Origin: the human T2T-CHM13v2.0 reference genome, Homo sapiens
Direction: 5' to 3' (one strand)
Length of the DNA stretch: 64,000 nucleotides
NCBI RefSeq assembly: GCF_009914755.1
Contig: NC_060939.1
The position numbers and the translations under genes are program-made. Of this stretch, positions 45,250 to 57,654 are shown piece after piece; positions within the stretch are counted from its first letter, which is position 1; each line of letters begins with the position of its first letter. A model generated the notes under the pieces. That model saw nothing but the letters and a program-made list of their open reading frames with translations, had not been told where the DNA came from and searched no databases.

Positions 45250-48026
45250 AACTGTATGATGAGTCCTCCCCAATATCAAAAAGGCCATCATTGCTTGGGA
45301 ATCTCACCAACTGTAAGACATGTGATTAATCTCAGATCTAAGCCCAACCATGCTTTCATACACCCCCAAGTCACTAAATGCTACAATGAGAGGAAAGAAC
45401 GTTGCAGATGTTCTTTTCCAGTCTTTAAAATCACCCTGTCCCAAAAGTTCCAGAAGGAAGTCAGGGATGGTGCTCATCCCTGAAGACCCCTGAAAGACTT
45501 CTCTGTCTTAGGAGTGGAGTGGGGTTGGAGGGGGGAGCACCTAGGTGGTGTTTCACAATCATAGCCTTCCAGGAGCAGAAGATGTGCTACTTTAGGGGGC
45601 TGCAGAGTGGCCAAAAGCATTTTGAGGTGTCAGGCAGTCCCCCTGTCAGTCCTGGTTCTGCCAGTTTCAAGCTGTGGAAACCTGAGCTAGTTATTCAATC
45701 TTTCTGAGCTTCAGCTTCCTTGTGGGTAAAATCTGACTGGTTCTGAGTAAGTGCTTCATAAGTTACATAGAATTATTACTATTAATGCCCCACAGTAAAC
45801 CCATTCTTGGGAGGTTGGCAACCAGTTCCAGGACCTCATCATGTAATGCTAGTAAAAAAGTCCAGCCTCTCCAGGGCATGTCCCTGGAATGTGTTAGATC
45901 GAATTTCACCTTGTTTCTACAAGATCTTATTGGTACAGTTGAGTTTCTCATTCTCTGAGCTTCAGAACCAGCACCTGTCAACCAAGTCTCTAGAATGAAG
46001 ATCCAGGGAGCGCCTGGCAAGCACCCTGGGTTCGTGAACTGAGTCAGCTGTCAATCTGTGCAGCAAAATCCCGCAGGATCAAAATGTAAGCTTAAGGTCT
46101 GACAAAGCTACTGTGAAATCCTGTTGGTGACATTCGAATGCAGGAGGTCAGGGAGCTGCAGGACTGGCTGGTTCCCTGAGCCACCCTAAGCTGAGGCCAG
46201 TCCAAACTGGCATCTTTCTGGGCTGAGTTCAGCTCTCCGCATCTGCCCTATACCAGCTCTGACTTCCCTAGAGGCACCAACCCTGGGGTAAATGCCATGA
46301 GACTTCAACACCTAGCAGTAAAACATGGAAAACGGAGGCCTAGACTCCAATCGCAGCTGGTTCCTCATTCTGCCCAGCAACCTTTCCATAGATCCCCATA
46401 GTCGTCCATAGTCTCTTCCCCGTCAATTCAGATGTTCCAACTCTCCTTGGGTCTTCTCACTAGCAGCACAAGGCCTTGCCTCATTCTTTATAGGAAAAAT
46501 GGAAGCCACCAGACAAGAACTCCCTCACTTCCTTGCCCTATCACCTTGAAAAGACATTCCACATCCTTTCCTCTTTTTGCCTCCTGCTCTATGGGAAGAG
46601 CACTCCCTCCATGAGGCCAATGCTATCCCTTCCTCCTGAGCTGTGGATACTTTTCCTTCCCATATTCTCAGGGGCCATCTTTATCTATTATCTCTTCTCC
46701 CATACACTGATAGGCTCCAAGCATCAGAAAAAAAGAAAGCTCAAATCTCTCCTATATTAAAAATGAAAGTTCTCCCTCGAACCAGTGCATGTCCTCATGG
46801 TCCCCAGGACAGCCTCAACCCTTCAGGCATCCCTGTTCCAACTCTTTCTCCTTGGAACCCTCAAGAAGAGATAAATGCCGAGCTTGGTCTACCCCTCACC
46901 CAGGCCACTCTAGAGAGCAGGAGCTTCCATTTGGCATAAGGGGGTCTCAAACCAAACTAGACTTAAATAGAAGATAAAGCAACTGAGGGTATATAGAAAA
47001 GCACCAACCTAGCCTGATCAACTTCCTGTCAGACTGGAACATGAGCTCTTCCACATTACTTTACTTGTCTCATCTCTACTGCCTCAATGACTGAGCTCCA
47101 TCAGGGATTACTGGGGCCCAGTGAAGCATTCAGATCCACCCAGGAGCCTTTTCCCGGCCCGCATTCTCCACTCTTGCTCCATCTCTCCTGCATACAGGGC
47201 CTCACGGTGTCCTCTCCTCCTGAAAGGAAGAGGGCAAGTTACAGGGAGCATTTCAACTCTTCTAGCTGTGTCACTGCCAGGGTCCAAGGGTGCACAGATG
47301 TGCCAGTTCATCTAAGCATTTTACTCTTTGGCCTCTCCCTCCTGGCAGCCCACATGAAACTTGCCATGAGAGTGTGGCTCACCTGAGTGTGTGCATGAAA
47401 GGGAGTGTGTCTCTGAATGACAAGTGTGTTGACCTGTACGCCCAAAGCCCCGTCTTTCCTTGGGCAAGGTCACTTTCCCAACATCCACAGGGAACATACA
47501 AAACCACTCCATCCTAGGGACAGCCCCACTGGCTTTGCTGGTGCACCAAAGATAAAGGATCCCCAACCCCACTCTCAGACCCCCATATATCAGCTCTCAA
47601 GAGAAGATTTCTGTGAGCCTTGGCTGCTCAGACAACAGAACATTCCCCAGCTACCAAAGGAGTGAGGGTCTCAGTGGCCTGAGTAGTGTCTGTAGAAGTC
47701 AGATTTGAATCTTGCTTTCACCTCTCACACTGTGTGACCCTGGATGAACCATTCAACCTCTCTGAGCCTCTAATTCTTTCTCAATACGATGAAAAAGCAC
47801 TTTACTGTATGAGCCTAAGCTATCTGGAAGACTCTCAATGAAAGCAACCAATGGAACAGATTGTGAACACCTTTGTAAACAAAGAACTTAACTAAGAAAC
47901 TTCTTTAAAAGAGTAACAGGAAAACAGGAAAAAATGCAGGTAACCTGGAATTTCTGTATTTTGAATGTTTTTGCAAAATTTCCAAATAAGAGGTCTGATT
48001 CAGTCATTTCATTAGAAAATAAAGTG

Positions 48027-48032
48027 TTTATT
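48027..48032 (-). terminator. Distal poly(A) signal AATAAA of TrkC.T1
   Basis: Plus-strand tttatt. Its position fits the recalled ~2 kb UTR length. Confidence 0.8.
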
Positions 48033-49404
48033 AAGAAACTATACACTGAACACTCCTATAAGTCTCTGTGGAAACACAACGCCCCATTGTCATAGCACAA
48101 GGTGAGGAAAATGGCAGAATAAAAGATGCTGGGATGGATGGAGCCTGGGAGGCTGGAAATGAGGTAATGATTTACAATAATTAAAAAACATCATCCTCAA
48201 GCTTACTCCTTAAAGCCACACTTGGGAGGAGGCCCTGGACCCAAAGCATCAGCAGGGCACAATGGGGAACAGCCTGACATGGAGCAATGGGGAGCAGGAT
48301 GAGGAGAGCTGGAGGGGGCGAGATAAACACACACCTGGAGCCCTGGAGAGAACCTGAACTCCCAGGTGATACTCTGGAGGCTGCCCCAGATACTGGGCAA
48401 GAACTTGGAAAGCCTCATGTTTTTAAACCCCATGGAGGCATTTGCAGAATCGGGCTGGGATCCTGACACGAAGAACCACCATCCACAGGACCCAAGAAGT
48501 AAAACCCTTAAGTGGGAATCCAAACTCCCAGTTAAATTTGCCAAAGGCATAGACTCTATTCTCTACTAGTGTGCAACACCACCCCAAAACAACGGTGGGT
48601 TAAAACAACCACCTTTTTCCCCCACAAGCCCCCCACAGGATGCTCCCAGTTTCATGCTCTCCACCATTAGGTGGGCAGCCTATGCTGACTTCATACAATG
48701 GAGGCCCCATGGGCCAGTGGAGCTGGGAGCCAGAAGTCTACTCCACCAATGAGTCAGCAAATACGGGAGAGTTTCAGGCCCTACAAATGTGCCTTTCCTA
48801 CTGAAGAAGGGAAAGTCACCCCCTTCCCTCTCCTCAGTGGATCAAGTTGAAAATGGGGGAAGCGAGCCCCCTCTTTGGGAGAGGGTGGCCATGGAGTAAG
48901 GCATGAGTCAAAGCAAGCAAAGTAAACACACATATTGACCAGAGAACAGGAGGACACTTCCATTGGTGCCATGAGAGGGGCTGGAGGAGGCCAAGTTTTA
49001 CTTCTCTTCCCCTTCAGTTCATCTTGACCTTGAAATGCTGATTCCATTGGGTTCCAAAAGTTCTCAGAGTCAAGAATAAGTGGAAGTAGGGGAAGAGAGC
49101 CAATCCCGGGATCATGGGCTGGCAGGAAGGGCCTTTGTCCCTGATTCCCTTGGTCCCTTGTGGTCCTAGTAGGATGGCCAGTTCATGGGTAAAACCTCCT
49201 GCAGCCAAAGCTTGTCGGAACTGCAGATCTAAGGGCCCAGGAAGAGCCTGGAGAAACTCTCCTCTGCAAGGAGTTTTCTAATGTCACACTCATTGTGAGC
49301 CGTTCCAGAGAGAAGAGGAAGTAGGGGGCAAGTATGTCCCAAAAAAGGATGATTTTTCCACCGAAAATAAAAATAAAAATGTAAAGTGATTGGTTTCCAT
49401 TCTT

Positions 49405-49426
49405 TCCTCTGAGACCTAACTTGGTG
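49405..49426 (-). promoter_or_regulatory. Extended miR-125a/b target site
   Basis: Plus strand TCCTCTGAGACCTAACTTGGTG aligns to miR-125b UCCCUGAGACCCUAACUUGUGA with three 1-nt gaps, so the mRNA is almost fully complementary. Confidence 0.75.
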
Positions 49427-49716
49427 CCAATACTTGAGCCTGGCTCCCCCTCCTCTTACCGCGCCGTCTCCACCTCTGCTTAGGTGCTCTCTGTGACTCT
49501 TCCCCACTGGAGGTTGCAGGGCGACGAGGTCACTAAGAGGACAGCATGGTATCCTGGGAGAGCCAGGGAGACCCCACGCTTCCAAGCAGGGAAAGTGAGG
49601 CTGGAGCACGGCTGGACTTCATCAGGCTTTCTTGTGATGGTTAGGTTGTTTTTGTAAAGCAAGAGAATGGCTAGTGTATTTAAAAGATGCTCCTGGTGCA
49701 CAGGTTTTTAATTCTC

Positions 49717-49722
49717 TTTATT
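49717..49722 (-). terminator. Candidate proximal poly(A) signal AATAAA in the T1 3'UTR
   Basis: Plus-strand tttatt ~270 nt after the stop codon. The downstream U/GU element is weak. Confidence 0.45.
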
Positions 49723-49987
49723 GGCTCTAAAGATAGTGGCAGGAGCTGCCTCGTAGGCCGGGAAAAAAGGAGCACAGTGATGATTGGAGGGAAGGGGCAA
49801 CCCTGCCAGTGGTGGATGGGGGAAAACACCCATCTGGTGGTGTTAAAGGGTGCCGGGGCACTGGTGGCTCATGCAGTTTCTACTTAGCATCCCTGGATCC
49901 AAAGAGAACAATGCCTAGAGCTTCCAACCTCTCAGAGGGCCCAGCCTACCAAGGTGACATCAAAACAAGGAGGCTTAAAAGGAGTTT

Positions 49988-50106
49988 TTAAAAGCCATGA
50001 CGTCCTTTGCTGAAATAAACATTGACATCCTCAACATAGATGCCATGGTTAAGAGGCTTGGAATGTCCGGGAAGGCTTATTGGATTCAACATAATTTCTC
50101 TGAAAC
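49988..50106 (-). CDS. NTRK3: TrkC.T1 terminal exon ('14b'), coding part
   Basis: Long U-rich tract then ttttatag|GTTTC. Translates (G)FREIMLNPISLPGHSKPLNHGIYVEDVNVYFSKGRHGF with TAA at 49990-49988. Confidence 0.97.
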
Positions 50107-50946
50107 CTATAAAAAACAAAAAGAAAAAAAAACAGAAAAAAGCAAAATAAAGTAAAAACCAAAACCCCCAAAGAAGATCAAAACTAGGAGGGGAAATAGA
50201 GAGGGAGCTTGAAAGGGGAAGAACTGTCAGCAAAAGGGAAGGATAGGAGGAGGGGATTAACTTAAAACCCTGCATGGTCAGAGAAACTGGAAACACTCCA
50301 TTTTGCTGCAGCCTCCACTGAACTGAGGAAGGGAAGGGAGCAAAACCTTTGGGGGCTTGGCCTTGGATTGTCATGGAAGAGGAGGAGAGGTCTCATCTAA
50401 GTGGGTCTCAGTCTATAAGCATCTTTCTGAAAGGAGGAGACCCTGACGATGAGCTGAGGGGTGTGTCGGAGAAGGGGTATGCACTGTAGGGTCACTTAGG
50501 GGCTAAGGGATGGGAGGAGAAGGCTATGCTTTCCCAGAACTGACACTCTTTAAGGATACCAGAGGGGCATTTCTAATTCTAGGAGCTAAAATTACACAGA
50601 CCACTTCTGACCACACCAGGAGGTGGGGGTGCTATACTCCCAAGCCTACAAGCTCTTTCTCATTGACCTTTTCGCCTCACACCACAGGTCTGTGGAAGGT
50701 TTAGAGAGTAACGGCTGATCTCTGAGCCTTGCCATCTTTCCAAATCTTACAGGGGAGGAAAATACCCTGGAGGAGTAACACTGGTGGCCCCGAGGCCACG
50801 TGCTGCCTCGAGCAAGGAGGACTTCCATGACAGCTCATTTCCTTTCTGGCCATACAGCCATGGACTGAGTTAGGATATCCTGAAAAGTGGGAGTTCCTAA
50901 TAAAATTTCCAGAAAGATGTTGTTCAATCAACTACAGATTTTAAAA

Positions 50947-51216
50947 GTGTGTGTAAAGAGTGTGTGTGTGCATTTGCATGTGTGTGTGTTTGCATGTGTA
51001 CATGTGTTTCCATGTGTGTATCTGTTTGCATGTGTGTTTGCATGTGTATTTGTGTGTTTGTGTGCATCTGTATGTTTGTGTTTGCATGTGTACACCTGTG
51101 TGTTTTCATGTGGATGTGTGTATGTGTTTCCATGTGTGTTTGCATGTATGTGCGAATATATGTGTGTGTACACATATGTGTGTGTTTGAATGTGTATGTG
51201 TGTGTGAATATGTGCA
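50947..51216. repeat. Degenerate TG/TGCATG-rich low-complexity repeat
   Basis: Seen directly; lies in the intron between the two T1 exons. Confidence 0.95.
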
Positions 51217-51868
51217 CAGAGTAAGCCTATCTTTTTATGGAAGCTATGCTCAGGAATGTAGAGGTCATAAGGGGCCTCTGGACATTGGGAATATGATGGG
51301 AAAAACTTGAAACAAAATTTGATTGCATTGAGACTTTCCTGTCCTCCTGCCCAGGACATGCTATGGACAAAACAGTATTGAGTCATTTGGGGTGCTGGGA
51401 CCCCTTCCTCTGAAGGAGGTGGGGTCAGATTTGTGAAGATAGAGGAAACCTTCCTTGCCTATGACATCATGTTTGGAGGGAGGCTGTTTCAAGGTGAGAC
51501 ATTTCTGAGACAGCATCCCTGCCCTGACCCCAGATAAAGGTTATCTGGGGTATGAAGGAAAAGGGAAGGAAGGCCATTGGTCTGGGTAGCCTGCTGAGAA
51601 AGTTTGTGACACCACTGTCTCTTTCCAGGCCATGGTCCTCTCCTGCTTCTCCCATAGCCCTTACCTAGGCCCTATGAAGCTTCCTCCCCTGGAAGACACT
51701 CCTTTAATTTAAGGGATTTTTTTAGTACCAAATCCCGTGCTGGGCACCTAGTCGTACCTCAGTCCACGAAATATATGGAGGCTTGATGAGTCTTAAGGTC
51801 TTAAGAACCAAAATTGGTTAGGGGAGGGATCTTTACTGCATACAAAGACGTCAAAGGAGGTAACTCAC

Positions 51869-52003
51869 CATGTGACCTTGGGTAAGACACTTCCCCACTC
51901 TGGACCTCAGGTTCCTCATATATATAGTGAGTTGATGGGACTAGATGATCTCTATTGTCCTTCAAGTTTAATATCCCATGATTGTCTATGTTTGAAAAGA
52001 CCC
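51869..52003 (-). CDS. NTRK3: TrkC.T1-specific internal exon ('13b'), 135 nt
   Basis: cttctgccag|GGGTC...CACATG|gtgagt. Translates (W)VFSNIDNHGILNLKDNRDHLVPSTHYIYEEPEVQSGEVSYPRSH(G), the known truncated TrkC tail. Not present in the ORF track. Confidence 0.96.
51870..51965 (+). mobile_element. MIR-family core overlapping the T1 exon in antisense
   Basis: tgtgaccttgggtaagacacttccccactctggacctcaggttcctcatatatatagtg...ggactagatgatctct versus MIR core gtgaccttgggcaagtcacttaacctctctgagcctcagtttcctcatctgtaaaatg. Confidence 0.8.
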
Positions 52004-55000
52004 CTGGCAGAAGAGGCAGACATGGGGGAATTAATGGTCAGTATTAAACCCCAAGTGCAAAAAACATGGGAAAGTATTTTTCTTAAGTGCACAATGCCAG
52101 AAACAGAAATCCAGGTTTCTCAGCTCCTGTACCCACTCTGCTGTGCCTGTAGTGGCAGCTGGTTTATTTTACGCATAAAATCTAGATCCTAAGAATCTCA
52201 CCCTGGCATTATAGAAATGGCACAAGTTAGAGTCAGAGAAGAAAGATTCACCATCACCATGAACTCTGTCCTGCACTTTTCCTAACATATTTGCCCCCCA
52301 TTTTCCTTCTTGGACCAGAATGTCTCAAAATGGTGCCCATCATTGCCATTCAGAGTGTCATTCCTGGGCCTGGATGGATGTTTCTTCTGACTTGGGAGAT
52401 AATCCTGGACCCAAGACCCTCTTTCTGGCTTCTAATATCCCATCAAAAAAATTCAGCTAATTTTCAAGAGGAAAGCAATGTGACAAGGCGGGGATGATGA
52501 GGAGATGAGAGGAGGTGGTGGTGTTTGGTTCCTTAAAATCTTCCTTGCCATTGTTAGGGCATAAACCATTGGAAAAACAAAAGCTGTTAGCTCACTGAAG
52601 ACCTGAAGACTACAACTTCTATAAAGAGATATCATTGTAGCTTCTGAGGATGAAATCTCCTTTGGAGACCATGCAGCATTTGTGGGCCCTGGAAAGATCC
52701 GTGTCGGATCCATTAAAGACCAGGGCCAAGCCCGCCTAAGTCTCTGCCAATGTCCCCGAAGCTGCCTTCGTGAACATGAGCCCTTTCCCATATGAGCCGG
52801 GATCTGAAGTTTGTTTTCTCTGGAACTCTTTCCCAGGTGGAGTCTTTCCAAGATTCTAAAAGCTGAAGCCTGATAGCATAAGAGGCACTGCTCCAAAATC
52901 CTCCATTCCTCTCCCTCTGTCTCAGAACAACCCCTGAGCAGAAAGCAAAAGGCATTTACTGGGGGAAGAGCAGGGGAGCCCAGAACCACAGTGGACACTG
53001 GTAAAGGGGTAAATGGTGAAGAAAAGGCTGAAGAGGGGCAAATCAAAGGCATTTCCAAAGAAGGCCTTACCCACCAGGGGCCCACAGACCCCGCTACATC
53101 TGACCTTTTCCTCTGTCTGTCAACAGCTTTCCCCAAAACATTCAGCACAAAGGTACCTGTAGGCTCTCTGTAATTCAGAACAGAGCTGGGTCTTCAGGGA
53201 TCTTCTAAGAATACTTTCCCTGAGAAGCAAGCCAGAGGCTCTGGGATCTTTTTGGGAAAGGGAGGGACACTGTAAATGGAGCTTAGGGGAGAAGGGGCAT
53301 TGAGCACCCATACGATTGGATGAGAGGTTTTGGAGCCAATCCTATTGAGTCAAGAGCTGGTTAAATCTCTAAAGGCAAGTCCTTTATATTGACTGCAGCA
53401 AGGAAAGGTCAGTTCCCATGGTTTTGCCACATAAAAAGACATTCAAATCTGTTTTTCTGAGATTCTTGCAGATTCTAATTCTCTCTCCCTTGCTGGGGTT
53501 TCACCCCTGTGCTCTGGCCTTGGGATTCTGGAGCTACCAGCCCAGCACCTTCCAGGGAGAAGGTATTCCCTGCATCTTCTGCCTACACTCTTTCCACCTG
53601 ACTGTGGATTCTCACAGACCTCTCCTTCTCCTTCTGTCTCTGCTTCTTCCTTTTGTTATCTGAGATGAGACTATTACCTAACTGCATAAAGTAGTTTAGG
53701 TTATGGTTTAGACAACAGTCCCAATACCAAATGCAGTTCTATAGAATTATTTTCAAACATCCCCTCTTCAAATGTATTCATTCATCATCTTCAAGTTGCT
53801 ACATCACAGTAACCCTTAGCACTGACATAGCACTGGCTGTGGAAAAAAGCATTTTGTACCCTAGCATGGGCTGAAATACACAGGAGTGCTGGCGCTGGGG
53901 CCCTGGGTGGTAGACTAACAGGGAGCCAGAAGGCAATGCAGTGGGAAGGGCATCCCACCCCAGTCAGGGTGCCACACTTTCCACAACTTTCCCACCTTTC
54001 CCCCAAGAGGTAAGAAGAGGTGAGATGTTTTTCAACCCCATTGCAGGTAGGCATGGAATGGAGCAGGGAGCCCCGAGCAATACCCAACTATGCCAATCGT
54101 ACCATCAGACATGTTGCTGATAGCCCTGGAATCCATAGATCTATATAAGGGAGTGCCAGTGACAGGTATCACCTACAGTTAGTTCTTTATACCTCAACAT
54201 CCCCAAAAGGTGGATAGTATTAACTCCACTTTACAAGGGAGAAAACTGTGCCTTTATAATATGGAAAAACAGCCCCAAGTTCACTTTGTGGCAAAGTCTA
54301 AATTTGAATCCAGCTCTTCATACCTCCAAAGTCCTTGCAACTAACCACTTTGCAATACGGATCTCATTTGTGGAAAACCAATATCCAGGAAGGGGGTGAA
54401 ATGGAGGTCAAGATAGTGATGGTAAGGACGTTCTCTTGGGGGAACAGGGCTCTCACTCTGGCCACTTCAACAAGTTCTAAACAGAGGGCAGGGCTTTCTT
54501 ACCTTATTAACAGCTTCCTTAGTTAGGAAGGTAAGCAGCACCATACCCTGTCATTCCCTCCCCTGGCCAACCCTGGTTTAATTCTATCCCTGGTGGCTTC
54601 ACCCCCACCCTCACAATGACACTTCGCATGCACTGGGACCTTCCAGATAAGGAAACCCAAACTCTGTCTGGTCACGGACCCCTTCATTTTGATGATGTTT
54701 CAGGGAGTTCAGCCTAGAGAGGATGAAAAATGACCACATGAACGTGAGGTAGTAATGAGTATGGAGAGATGGATAATTAAAATATAGTCATACCCTAACC
54801 AAGGGTTGTGGAATATCTGAGAATACCCTTGGTAAGCCAAGCATGGTACCCAGTGGAACTCTTTCCTGAGCACCCACCCCAGGCCACTGTGTAAACAAGC
54901 ATGGACAGAAACGAGTGAATCTTGGTGAAGAAAGGATTCCTCATAGACACATGTCTCTTGCTTCTTTTCTTGCCTGTATGGTGGCCCTTCTAAGGTTGTG

Positions 55001-57424
55001 GGAAGGTGATCATCAAAGCATTCTAATGGTGCCTGGGCTATGGTTATGATTGATTTGTTCTGTATCTTTTCCTTGGGTGTAGTTATCGCTTTTTTGAGTC
55101 TAAGTTCTTTCTTCTCATGCCATCGGATTCAATAAAAGGATGGCGGCACTGGCCGAGGTGAGTGAGCCCCAAACGCCTAGGCTTGCTGGCCACAGTCTAT
55201 GCTGCTTTAAACTTTCAGGTTATTTCTTTTATTACTCTGAGATTGCAAACCTAACCCACAGGCCGTATATGGCCTTATGATGTGCCTTTTATTTTATTTT
55301 TTAACACAAATGGTCTTTTTAAAAATTTGTTGCTTAGTTGCCAGCATTTAAAACTTGGGAGATCTCACATTTAAAATATCCCCATTTCTAGCTTCCCTTG
55401 AAAGTCCGAGAGTTCTGGCAACCCTGGGCCAGAATTACTGCACAGTGATAACCCACTGCGGTAGCCACTCAGTTTATACGAGGTGTGTGAGTGTGTGTTC
55501 TCCAGCTTGCCATATTCTCCACCAATTCCTATTATCCTTCACCCCTGCACTTATTTACAGTACCTACATGGCTTGTCTTTGCATTTGAGATTCAAACTGT
55601 ACAATAAACATTATGTTTATTGTACTAGGTTATAGGCTGTGCATTAAGACCAGGAAATCCCATCTCTGCAAGCCTTGTTGAATGCCCCTAAAATACCAAA
55701 CTTATGCTCCCTCTGGTCATGGCTAACAATGATAAAGAAGTGGCTGGAAACCTACAGCAGAGGGACAAACCTATCTCAGAAGGGGGAGACAGCTCAGAAA
55801 CTGAACTATGTGAGTAAGGGAAGCAAGCATGGTCAGAAATCAGGTTCCCAACAGGACACCATGCTGAAGCATAATGCTGGAAAAAGCTACTGCTGGGAGA
55901 GAAGGTGGCACTCATGTCATCCACTGGCTGTGTCTTCCGCATTGCCTGACATGTATAAGGCACACGACAAAAGGTTGTTGAATGCCAACAAGCAGGACTT
56001 TTTAATATAGCTGTACATTTCATGGGGGAATAACTGGACCCAAAGTGTTCCTACATCCCTATAATAACAAACACATTTCAAAGGGTTCTATACAATATTG
56101 AAAGGTACTTAGAACCAAAATGTCCCTGTTGTATACTGTGTAGCTAAGAGTACTGAACTGAGACCCCCAACTTCAGTATGGGCCGCCTCTTCCTATAAAG
56201 TCACCTCAATGCTGCTGGGAAAATGAGTGACGAGATTGTCCTGGCCCGCATGCCACGGTTGCCAAGTCTGGTTCCAGCTGTGTGCAGATGCTCAGAGGGA
56301 GGGGGCTGAGGCTGAATGTACCCCGACTACAATTTAGCTCATGGCGTCATGCCCACAGGAAGTCACAGGGGGAGGACATCCATGCCTGGCTGAGATAAAG
56401 GGGCATGGACCACTGAGATTCTCAGACAAAAGCAAAAGACTCGCTCCTGAAGGGATCTTGAAGGCTCTCACAGCTTGTCCCTGATGAGTATTTCAAGGCT
56501 CTAACTCAAAAAAAGGGGGGAGGTGTGCTGGGGGGCCACCCACCACTTGGAATCACTAAGACTATTCCAATGATAAGCTGATCTTGGCTTAAAGGAGTGA
56601 AATGTTAGTCCCCAGAGAAAGTGAAAATCCTTCCACTCCATAACATGGGTGAAGTGACCTCTTAGAATCATAATACTTCATAAGCCATGGAGCAATACTA
56701 GTCATATGGAAAAAAAATTTCTTTACCATTCTCAGAATTCACTAAATAAGGAACAATTTGTAATAGCTGAGCATCTTCTTTTCTTGCTTAACTGAGAGTA
56801 GAGAGAATCTCGGGTATTAATAATCTATCTTCATTGCCTTCCTTGTACTTCAAAATATCTGTCTTTGTATTCAGTATATTTTTTCCTGAGTCTTTTGACT
56901 CTTTTCAAATGTTTGAAATATCTAAAATATCAGAAAAGTGTAGAAACTCTGTGCCTACCTCCAGCATTAACAATTTATAATATTTTGATATCTTCTTCTC
57001 AAATTTCTAAACAAATAATCCATTACTGCAATGGCTGAGAACCCATGTGAGTTCACATATAACCCTGTTTCTCCTCTACCCCATCACCAGAAGTAACCAC
57101 TGCTCTGAAATAGCTGATTATCCTTTTCAGGAATCTTGAAATAATTTTGCTGCATATGCATATATCCATAACCAAATTATAGTTTTGTTCTGTGTAAGTT
57201 TAAGCTTTTAAAAAGTGGGTATTTTCTAGATTTATCCATGTTGATACATGTAGCTCCCGTTCATTAATTTTAGCTAACGAAGTCCATGATGTGAATATGC
57301 TACAAATTATCTGCCTATTCTGCCAACTGACACTTGTTTCTATCTTTTGATTATTCCAAAAAAAGTTGCGATCAATATTATTACACACATATCTGTATGC
57401 ACATGTGGGAGAATTTCTCCAGAG

Positions 57425-57648
57425 CAGTAGTTGGCAAACTTATCCTATAAAGGACCAGATAGAAAATATTTTAGGCTTTGCAAACCATGCAGTCTCTGCT
57501 GCTACCACTAAACTCTGCCAGTATAGTCTGAAGGCAGCCACAGACAACACATAAACAAATGAGAGTGTTCCAGTAAAATTTCATTTGTAAAAATAGGCAA
57601 GAGCCAGATTTGGCCCTTGGCCAATGAGTGATAGTTTGCTGACCTCTA
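57425..57648. mobile_element. MER58A-like fossil
   Basis: gttggcaaact...taaaggaccagatagaaaatattttaggctttgc...tagtttgctgacctct. Confidence 0.8.
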
Positions 57649-57654
57649 CTCTAG

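Larger units (their letters stand above)
48010..49987 (-). other. NTRK3: 3'UTR of truncated TrkC.T1 mRNA (~2 kb; 3' end approximate)
   Basis: Repeat-poor stretch running from the stop codon to just past a minus-strand AATAAA at 48032-48027. A U-rich element lies further downstream (~47918-47940). Confidence 0.8.

Noticed and set aside
50970-51150. TGCATG cluster as RBFOX sites
   Set aside because: The motifs are on the plus strand; the NTRK3 pre-mRNA reads CAUGCA.
50887-51386. Cys/Val-rich and His/Thr-rich ORFs
   Set aside because: Translations of the TG low-complexity repeat.
53141-53160. REST/NRSE-like ttcagcacaaaggtacc
   Set aside because: Only the left half-site matches; GGACAG is absent.
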